Positions 53,831-64,000 of a DNA stretch of 64,000 nt are shown here, piece after piece (within the stretch, counting starts at the first letter, position 1; each line of letters opens with the position of its first letter). The position numbers and the translations under genes are program-made. The notes under the pieces were generated by a model. It ran no database searches. It was given only the letters and a program-made list of their open reading frames with translations, and was not told the DNA's origin. This stretch comes from Eledone cirrhosa (lineage: Eukaryota). The stretch covers positions 47,058,001 to 47,122,000 of the forward strand of contig OZ024747.1 of assembly GCA_964016885.1 (NCBI GenBank), written 5' to 3'.

Positions 53831-55543
53831 GTAGAGAGGTTTAGCTAATTTATCATTAAGTCGCAGGTGGCGGCTTTTGAAATTGCTATTTTGTTTATAG
53901 TTGATTACAGTGTCTAAACGTTCGGTATTTCACCCTAATCTATTGACCTTGTTCTGGAAACGAATGAAGCCATTTCTAAATAGTTTTTCCCAGTCGATTT
54001 TAGTTCTCCCATAATTGTGAGTGAATAGTTTATTGTTGTGATTATTCTGTGCTAAGTGTTCGTTACCTGTGAAATCAATTGGTAAGATTTGTAGCCTTTG
54101 TTTACTCTACGTGATTTTATCCAGTCAGATAAAAACAAAAATGATTGCTATCTACGACTTTTTCTTACTGCTGTTATTAATGAGTAAAGTTCAAATCCCG
54201 CCGAGGTTAGCTTTGCCTTTCATCCTTACGGGGTCGATATATGCACTAAGGTCGATACTATCGAATTTCCTTTTTTCCAAAAATTGTTGGCCTAGTTCCC
54301 ATAGTAGGATCCTTTATCAATGAGTGAATAACATTTATGGTGACACGAGACAATAAGAGCTTCTCACAACGTTCACATTCTGTTTACATAAATGTGTGTA
54401 TTTTTATCTCAAATTTGAACTCATTAGCATATCAACGTTTGACTCATCTCCGTAAGATTAATGAACATACATTACACATTTCTGACAATGTTTTTGGTCG
54501 ACTCTAAAATAGAAAATAAAATAACTCAAACAGACCTGTGGTCTGAATCTGAGCAATTAAGTTCATAATAGAGCTTATATAATTTAATGCCTGTGGGTTC
54601 CCAATCTAGAATTTATATTCTGTCAAAGGAGAATGCGATGAGATTTGGACCCAGAATGCAAAAAACTGGAAGAAATACTGTAAGACACCCTACCCGATTT
54701 TTTATCGACTCGGTAAACTAGGTGTATAGCAGCCTTATGCGGTCGCCTGATTTAACACTGCCAACCGATACTTGGCTATCTGTAGCAGATTCATATCTAT
54801 TACGAATATTCAACACAGGGCTTCGGTTTAAGGATACATCATTTCTCACCAAGCCCCTACTCCCACCCAGACTAAGAAATATAATACGGAACATTAACAT
54901 ATTAGGAATCAATACCAATGACAATGCACTTCTGTTAAAAATATTGTGTACTTGCACTTAATATTTTAATAAGAGATGAGAAATTATATTTCTAATAAGG
55001 AATCAAGACCATATTTTTCAGGAAGGATAAAGTCAAAGTTTAATTCAATTAGGTGATCGGTGTTCTTCAAAACTACGTAGAAGATTAATAAATGTAAATT
55101 GAACTGTGCAGAGGTGTAATCTTTCTATTGGTCACTTCATCATATTGAACAGCAATATTTGTGAAGTGAGATGTTCAACAAAGAAAAGAATAGCAGCATC
55201 GTATAGAAAAGAATAGCAGCATGGTAGTTTCTTGATCCAGACGAGTTGGCTGCAGTCTTTGTTAGGGAGGTCAATTTATTTTAAGCGAGTAGGTCACCAA
55301 TTTAGAATTGTATCTACAATTACTCCTAGATTTGTAAGGTTATCTGGAGGATTTGCTGGAGGGAAACTGTAATATTTATTCTACCCTGCACACCCCTCTT
55401 ACCGAAGTGAGATAGTTCAAATTTCCTCGCATCTGATTTCATATTATATCGCTCAGACGATTTTATATTTAAATTGTGATCAAATTTGAGTAGGTTGTGC
55501 CATATTATATATGTAAACTCACATAAACACAAAAACACACACA

Positions 55544-55637
<94 letters not shown>

Positions 55638-55643
55638 ACACAT

Positions 55644-55681
<38 letters not shown>

Positions 55682-55814
55682 TATATGTGCGTATGCTTGG
55701 GTGTAGATACTATGAATGGATATAGGACAGTTTGATAGATAATAAAATAGATAGATGAATAGATAAAAAAACATACAAACTAATATACATACATTTGAGG
55801 ATACACAGACACAC

Positions 55815-56270
55815 ACATACATGCATACAGACATACATACATACATACATACATACATACATGCATACATACATACATGCATACATACAAACATGCATAC
55901 ATACATACATACACACATACATACATACATACATACATACATACATACATACATACATACATACATACATACGTACATACATACATACGTACGTACTTAC
56001 ATACATACATACGTACTTACATACATGCATACATACATACATGCATACATACATACATACATACATACATACATACATACATACATACATACATACATAC
56101 GTACGTACATACATACATACATACATGCATACATACATACATACATACATACGTACGTACTTACATACATACATATATGCATACATACATACATACATAC
56201 ATACATACATACATACATACATACAGACATACATACATACAAACATGCATACATACATACATACACACAT
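55815..56270. repeat. (TACA)n microsatellite with CGTA/TGCA variants
   Basis: Direct inspection. Confidence 0.95.
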
Positions 56271-56713
56271 AAATGTACGTAGAAAGTCAGCAAAAAACAA
56301 GTGAAAGAGACAGAAAAATAAAGAAAATAGAGGAAACAAGCATACGAAGAGAAAGAGGTAAGCACATAAATGGAGAAGAGACAGATAATCGGATAAGAGC
56401 CAAGGGAGGCATGGTTTTCTGTGGCAATGGTCCATCCGAATAGTATAGAGAACAAATTCGATTTCCACTCTCACCTCTTCCTACGACCGTCTAGAATGTT
56501 CGGCCAACACCCATCAAAGGAAGATTTATATTTATGACCTTCTCTATCCTTTAAAAACTATTTTAAGCAAGGCATATATTAGGATATTGATCCTTGATAA
56601 TTGTAGTACTCGATTTTAATTTGCTGGAACATTTGTTGCTAAATTTACAAACGGAAGAATCAATATTTCCACATTTATATCTCAATATATATCTATATAT
56701 ATATATATGTATA

Positions 56714-56787
<74 letters not shown>

Positions 56788-56819
56788 AATATACATATAT
56801 ATATATATATATATGTATG

Positions 56820-56850
<31 letters not shown>

Positions 56851-56865
56851 ATATGTATATATGTC

Positions 56866-56951
<86 letters not shown>

Positions 56952-57023
56952 TATATATATGTATATGTATGTATATATATATGTCTATATATATATATAT
57001 ATGTCTATATATATATATATATG

Positions 57024-57054
<31 letters not shown>

Positions 57055-57095
57055 GTATGTATGTATGTATATATATATATATATATGTGTGTGTG

Positions 57096-57167
<72 letters not shown>

Positions 57168-57306
57168 ATAATACATATAGTACATAAAAGCTATATATCT
57201 ATATATGTCATCCTACACTCGCACACTCCACCCTCCTCTATTAAGCGTGAAACTAATACGACTTCATATTAATGCATCCGCTTGTTTGTTCCTATCTTGT
57301 TTTCTT

Positions 57307-57359
<53 letters not shown>

Positions 57360-57515
57360 ATGTCTGTGTGTGTGTATGTGTGTCTGTGTGTGTCTGTGTG
57401 TGTCTGTGTGTGTCTGTGTGCGTAGGTGTGTGTATGTGTGTGTTATACGATAATTTTTATAAACCATGCATATGTAAGTTTGTATGTGGGTTTGGATATA
57501 AATATACCCACCCAC

Positions 57516-57579
<64 letters not shown>

Positions 57580-57604
57580 ATGTGTGTGTGTGTGTGCATG
57601 TATG

Positions 57605-57637
<33 letters not shown>

Positions 57638-58519
57638 GCACATATGTTTGCATGTGTGTATCTATGTGCATTTGTATGGGGAAATGGAGAGACCATTCTT
57701 TATTCATTTTTCTCTGCTTTTGTCTTCAATCCTGATTTCTCATAATGAATTCTGTTTTTATCATAAATACAATGGCGGTTATTCTGCATGACTATGTTTC
57801 TAAGGATAAGTCTAGTATAACTTTATGTATGTGTTTCTCTTTTGAGAAGGATGCGTGCGCGTATATTAGTTATCGTTTAGATATACGCATTTTACTAACC
57901 ACGTTTAATATCATATCTACACATTTGTGTATAGCATGAAATTATGGTACGAATTGTATAACTATAACCACATTTTCAAACATAAATGAGAGTTTGCTAA
58001 TAAGTCATCCTTTACGTAGTCGTTGAGCCTGTTAGAAATAATAGCCAAAGTTCTATTAAATCACTTGACATCACGTTCTATCCTTGACGGATCCGTTAGA
58101 TGATTTAGCGATAGACATAAATGGCGAGGGATAATCGTGCATGATTTTGAAGTGTGGAAAAGAGATAGAGTCTGGAAAATCGTAAGAGATAATCGAGCTT
58201 CATTTTACAAAAATCAAGACTCGGCATATAAGAATACAAATAGCTATAATGAGTCAAAAAGGGAAACATGTAAATGGAAGAAGGATTGAAACAGGAAGGC
58301 CAGATGTTATTGAAAGTGCACTCAGTACAGTAGAATCTGATTTATATTTTCTGGATATATAAGTGGCAGTAGCTTCGAAGTTTCATCTTGGTGTCTTCAT
58401 CTACTGAAGTGTATTACAACAACTGACAATAGTTTCATTACCGTGCATGGTATCATGGCCACAAATAACATCAGCTGTATTTGCGAATCACTTCGTACCA
58501 ATAGAGGGTGTGCATATAC

Positions 58520-58584
<65 letters not shown>

Positions 58585-58726
58585 CGTGTGTGTGTGTGCG
58601 TGTGTGTGTGTGTGTGTGTGCGCGTGTGTGTGTGTGTTGAGGGAGAGGGGGGAGAAGGGAAGAGACACAGACAAAAAGATAGGGAGATAGATAAATACAT
58701 TTGTAGGTAGGTAGCTAGGTATGTAC

Positions 58727-58801
<75 letters not shown>

Positions 58802-59038
58802 TATTTCTTTATTAGCCACAGGGGCACAAAAGAAGGGGACAAATACAAAGGGGGAAGTTTACATACAATAAAAACGTGTAAAATGTTATCACAGATGGAA
58901 TTTAAAAATTAATCGATTTTCCCCAATAGGGGGAAACATTTCATATGGGTAACACATACCCCCGGAAAAAAATGTGCAACCCTCATCTCCAGGAGTACGA
59001 AGAGTTTGTACCCCTTTCCTCTCCTCTTTTTCCTCAAC

Positions 59039-62000
59039 CTACAGGCTGATATAGAGAGAAGGCCCATTCACTCGGGCCATTCTCGCCACTTTCACCCACC
59101 TTTCATAAAACTTGCTGGGGTACAGCACCTCTCTCTCCATCCTGATTCTTCTTCCAAAGTGGTATTTGAAAAAAAGAATCAGTTGTTGGCCGGAGAGAAA
59201 GGTGTCTGACCTCAGCCCTTTCAACCTTGTCCACCATACAACCTCTTTCGCCATAGCTATCACACAAAGGAAAACCGCCTCTCCTTCGTTTTTGAAGGAG
59301 GGTGGCGGTTTGATCATGACAATGGACTCGGTGGTCAACCGGATTGGTCCCACCCGCGACAATAGTCGTTCTAGATAGCCCCACAGGTCGGTGACGCCCG
59401 GGCAGTGTGTGAATGCGTGCGCGACGGTTTCTTCGTCTCGCACGCAACTCAGACAGATCTTTTTTGCAGGGTCCCTGCCCGGGCGCCCATCTCTGTAGAG
59501 CTTGTCTCGAACTGGTAGAGCTCCTCGGTAGCACTGCCAGGCCAGGGACTTTTGGAAGTTGTCCATCGGTCCCAGGCGGAAGGTTCTACCGAACAGACTG
59601 GCCAGTTCGTCTTCCTCTACGCCCAGAGTTTCACCGAGCACGTCGTCGCACTTGATGCGGATCAACCCTCTATAGAATGACAAAGTGGAGTCTCCACTGA
59701 TCGCCGGGTCTGCTTGCCAGAGGACTGTGAGCGCCTGAGCACATTCGATGTGCCAGTCGCCCATTTCCTCGGTCTTTGCTTGACCAAGGACTGCAGCTCG
59801 GCCAGCGAGACGAGTCGTGGGAAGGCTCGTCTCACGAACGGGGCCCACACCGTTGTCCGGTGAGGAATACGTAGAGATGCTGCAGCCTGAGCGCGTATTT
59901 GCGTATCGTCAGCCACGGCATCCCCAGCCCTCCGTTGGAAGGGCGTTGGCAGCAGATGGATCTTCTCACCAAAGGAGCCCGCCTTTTCCAAAGGAATTGG
60001 AAGAGCGCGCGCTCCATTTTGGCGAGAGTTTTGGCTGGACAAGGCACGACGGTCAAGCGGTAGTAGATGGCGGACGCTATAAAAGTGTTCGCCACCTCCG
60101 CTCGACCTTTCAAGGATAGTTTGCACTCCGCCCACTTCTGGGTGAGTGAAAACACCTTGGCCGACACCTCGTTCCAGTTCTTCTCCACCTGGAGGTCCGG
60201 ACCAAACCAGACCCCGAGCAGCTTTACTGGTCCTTCCGTCCAGCGTCCGACGACGCCATCGGAAGGCATCGGTTTGCCTCTCCACGATCCGAGTTGCAAA
60301 CCGATGGACTTGTCCCGGTTCAGCTTCGCTCCTGTGAATCTTTCGTATTCCTTCAGTAAGGTGCCGACTTCCTCGATTTGCGAGGTGCTCGACACCATTA
60401 CTGTCACGGTTCCAGAGGGATGCCCTGCAAAAGCTCCAACTTCCGCAGTAGTGACTCGAGAGTCAATACGTACAGAACGGAAGAGAGAGGGCATCCCTGT
60501 CGAATGGATCGCGTGATATGGAACGGCTCCGAGAGGTAGCCGTTCACCTTAACCCTTGAGCAGATGTTGCTGTTATGTATTGCAACAATCCAGCCCCTGA
60601 ACACGGGTCCGAAGCCTGTCGCCTCGAGCACCGCATTCAGGTAACGATGGTCAACCTTATCGAAAGCCTTAGACTGATCCAAGTTGATCAGGGCCCCACC
60701 GAAGCCGAGTTTACACCCTACCCTCTCTATGATGTATCGCATGAGGTGGAGGTTTTCGTGTATGGACCTGGTCGGGATTGCGCATGTCTGCGCTTCTCCC
60801 ACCAGGTTCTCGACGACAAGCGCCAGCCTCTTTGCCAACACCTTGGCCAAAATCTGTAACTCTGTGTTTAGCAGAGTTATGGTCCGGAAGTTGCCTAAGT
60901 CATCCCCCTTATTCTCGTCCTTCCTGACTAGTGTGACTACGCCCCCGGTCACAGAACTGGGAATTCTCCCGTTCTGTTGCCAGTTGCAGTAGACCGCTTC
61001 CAGGAGACCGGAGAATAAGTCAAGCATTGCTACGTAAAATTCGTAGGGTATACCGTCGAGACCTGGAGATTTGCGTTTGCCGCATTGGCTCAGCGCTTCC
61101 CCTATCTCAGCGGCTGAAATCGGCTTTTCGCAGAACTTCGCCTCGCTGTCCAAAAGTCGCGGTAGGCCGTCGAGGTATGGACCGAAATACATAGCCCCTC
61201 CCGGCGCGCCGCCCTGCCTAAACAGCCGAGCAAAGTGCCGCTGAAAGGCCGCACACATCTGCTTCGGCTCACGTATCACGCGTCCGTTTTGGTTCTTCAA
61301 AGACCGAATCGTGGACTTGTTGCCACTTTTTGCCTACGTCACTCGGGCCCAGCTAACAGCTTTGGCTCCCTCGTTTCCCAGAGCACGTATTTTGCTTCTG
61401 ACAACACAGCCCTCATGCTTTGCGTCGAAGAACTTGTCCAATGCCGTTCTCGTTGCTAGCACGCTGGCTACGTTGCCACTTCTAATTGCCTCTTCCACTT
61501 TATCTACCAGTTCTTTCTAGGTTCCATTTCTATCTAACGCTAATTCTTTACTAAAAACTAACGAGTCTAATCTAACTGCCCTCTTGAGAGAGTACCACCA
61601 TCTGTTGTTGACAATGGCCCCTGTCAAGTGCTGTTTAACTAAAGTGCTAATCCGTCTACTGTACGCTTTGCATGTCGGTAACAACAAGTTCAGCTTCCAG
61701 TAGCCGGGTCCTTATCCTATGGGTTCTATCAAGGTTGACCATGCAGGTCACTAGTTTGTGATCTGAATAGGCAACCATGAACATTGTGGACAGCTTAAAA
61801 TGTCCCTATCCTTATTTCTAACTAGAACCCTATCTAGGTACGATCTAGATTTTCCGCTACGATTACTCCACGTCCACAGTGGCGCAGTCGGGACGTTCCC
61901 AGAAATGTCTCTAGACGTTTGAAGAAGTCTGGCCGCGGTGTCCCGGATGGGGCATATGCGACGACCAGCCTGAAGGATCCACCTTCACTACCGTCAACGT

Positions 62001-62325
62001 CTAGGACCACCAGTCGACCCTCCGGGTCCAGATGTACCGTCTGTGTTACGAGGCCCAGGTGTTTCCGCAGCAAAACGGCAACCCCGCCCCCATCCCCCGG
62101 CTGACAGAGAGATGCGTAGATCTCAAAGTCATCGAAGATGGGGGTCAGCTGTCGCTCGCTGTGGATCCTGGACTCGCAAATGGCTACTACATCCATACTG
62201 TGCGACCTGAGGTCGTTTAAGAGTTTGTCCTGTTTCCAGGGCATCCCAGGCCGCGTATATTCACACACCCAGCTCTTATATTGGCCATGTTGGTTTTGAA
62301 AAGTTAAAAGAGGAGAAGAAAACAC
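59039..62325 (-). pseudogene. LINE ORF2 (APE-RT-CCHC), frameshifted, catalytic YADD segment deleted
   Basis: Pieces at 61834-62325, 60404-61300, 59832-60494 and 59039-59848. LQGIPLE jumps to VTVMVSS at ~60410 with no (Y/F)ADD. Confidence 0.8.
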
Positions 62326-62991
62326 TCACCTCTTCGTCTCCCGGGGATCAGGCCGCACGGTTTCCATGGGGGTGTTAGAGGAGTTATCTGGGTGGGTGGT
62401 GTTTTCCGGCGGGGTGGGGACGGCGATGTTTGGTGGGGTGGGGGATCTGGGGTGGGGGTGTCTGGGGTGAGGGTGGGGAAACTTTTTAAAAGGACGCGGT
62501 TAAGGGTTTAACACAAGGATTACCCACGTCCTTAGGAAATTTTCCTTTAAAGACTTATAGGTGTCCGTAATGACCCTAATCATCTTTAAATTAGGTTCCC
62601 TTCGGTTTTCACAGAAGGGTCGTTGAAGATGACCTCCATTAAAGTTTTGTTTTTACTGTTTATGTATGTGTAATGTTCTTGTTGCGTTGCGGTGGTTTTT
62701 GTCTGTTGTTCTTGTGGGAGCTTTCGTTTTGTTGTAGGTGTTTGTGTTTGGAGTGATGTCGTGGTTTTCTTTTCGGGACGGGGGGTTTTTGTTTGTAATG
62801 TTTGTGTTGTCTGTGTTGGTGGTTGTATGTTTGTAGTGATGTTTGTTGTTTTTTTGTTCTTGTGGTGTCTTTTCTTTTTTCTTTTCGAACGGTGGTGATG
62901 ATGTGGGGGCTCGTCCGTTGTGGTGTCTGTGTTATTTGGAAGGGGTATGTTTTGGGGAGCTGTTGTGTTTGTGGGTGTTTTTGCAGTGGTT

Positions 62992-63993
62992 TTAGGTGGA
63001 GTGGGGTTGGGTGGGACTGTGCTTGCAGGTTTGTTGTTCTTGTTTTGGTTGTGTTTGCGTGTTGTTGTTGTTGTGGTGGTGGTGGTGGTGGTTGTGTTGT
63101 TGTTTTGGGTGTTGGAAGTAGTGCCTCTTTTTTTTTTTAGTTAACTGAGGACAGTAAGCCTTCAGGTGACCACTGCTTAAACAGTGGTAACATGAAGGCC
63201 GCCTACCCTCAACAGAAATGTTTATGTGTGAAATTCCATCCAGAGGCACACGTTAGGGTATTTTAACTATCCGTTCTGGCCTCATTTGGACCAGAACTTC
63301 CATGCTTGCACCATTGAATGGGCCTCTGGAGGACTTTCCCACCGAAATGATGGTGTCTTCGTCGAAATCGATGAAACCAGTTAAAATCCACCAGACGTTT
63401 ACATTTGGTGCAATGTTCAAAATTTTTATTTTTTGAGTTCTTTTTCCTATATATGTGGGGAAAAAGGTGTACAGGGGGGACACAATCGGCGATACAGAAT
63501 ATTTTTGTGCTGTCAATTGGTCTTTCAATAACACCAAAATGCTTCCAAAAAGTCTCCCATTTTGGATGAAGGCAATATCCTTCATGGAATTCTTCAGAAC
63601 CAGTTCAATATCGTTTTGGAATAACTGAACTGATTTTTTCCACACATTTGAAACCATCCTAAAAATTACTGCTTTTAGAACAGTTTCTCTGCGTAACTGT
63701 TGAGGAGAAGCAGTTACGTACTGTTTTCCATCGCTTAACATTTCCCTAGCATTGGAAATGTCAAGGTATGTGAACAGTTCCGTCTTTTGGACGGTTTGAG
63801 CAAAAGAAATCTTTTCCTTGTTCGTGGAGTTGTTCGTGTTGCTGCTGTTGTTGTTGGTGTTGTTGTTATCATTGTTGTTGTTCTTCTTGTTGTCATTATT
63901 GTTGTTGTTGTTGTTGTTCTGGTTGGTGTTGTTTATATTTTGCATGTTATTGGTGTTTGTGTTAGTGTTGATGTTACAATCAACGTCCGACAT
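62992..63993 (-). pseudogene. LINE ORF1 (Asn-rich N-terminus, RRM-like region, CCHC zinc knuckle), with an internal stop
   Basis: ORFs 63253-63993 and 62992-63249 are in the same frame, separated by a TAA. Confidence 0.75.
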
Positions 63994-64000
63994 TGTGTTT

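Larger units (their letters stand above)
58801..64000 (-). mobile_element. L1/Tx1-clade LINE (ORF1 + APE-RT ORF2), decayed, 3' end abutting (TATC)n
   Basis: ORF1 with CYHC..GH..C knuckle; APE motifs (ICESR, GGGVAVLL, GRLVVLDV, YAP); RT motifs (KSPGLDG, TITLLN, LDQSKAFDKVDH, RQGCPLS); C-terminal CLSC..ETVAHAF.HC; AATAAA before (TATC)n. Confidence 0.9.

Noticed and set aside
54718-54957. Minus-strand exon or ORF (LGGSRGLVRNDVSLNRSP...)
   Set aside because: The acceptor is plausible, but the donor is weak and there is no recognisable homology.

Overview
AT-rich eukaryotic DNA, intergenic or intronic, with very dense microsatellites ((TA)n, (CA)n, (TACA)n, (GATA)n, (AAT)n). The SINE families look like octopus/cephalopod repeats; this is my inference, not a database result. 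No intact host gene is evident, and most ORFs in the ORF track are translations of microsatellites. The real coding sequence is retroelement-derived: a frameshifted R4/Dong-like RLE non-LTR element in (AAT)n (41.75-45.66 kb), a near-intact Penelope-like element (PLE; RT + GIY-YIG, 47.6-50.9 kb) with one in-frame TGA, a decayed L1/Tx1-like LINE (58.8-64 kb, minus), and RTE and PLE fragments. There are also about 15 tRNA-type SINE copies, several MITEs, and a 29 x 71-bp satellite made from the right end of a piggyBac-like MITE. The most notable signal lies in the short unique islands between (TA)n runs. They repeatedly contain type I hammerhead ribozyme (HHR) motifs: about 10 clear or near-clear ones on both strands, plus several half-motifs. 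These show compensatory stem changes, palindromic stem III and U3-A8 core variants. One is a 485-nt non-coding unit whose 5' boundary falls exactly on its predicted HHR cleavage site (retrozyme-like). There are also many fold-back palindromes, including an 8-copy ~190-bp hairpin element whose two arms co-vary within each copy. Together these suggest a diverse (TA)n-targeted, ribozyme-bearing non-autonomous retroelement population mobilised by PLEs.
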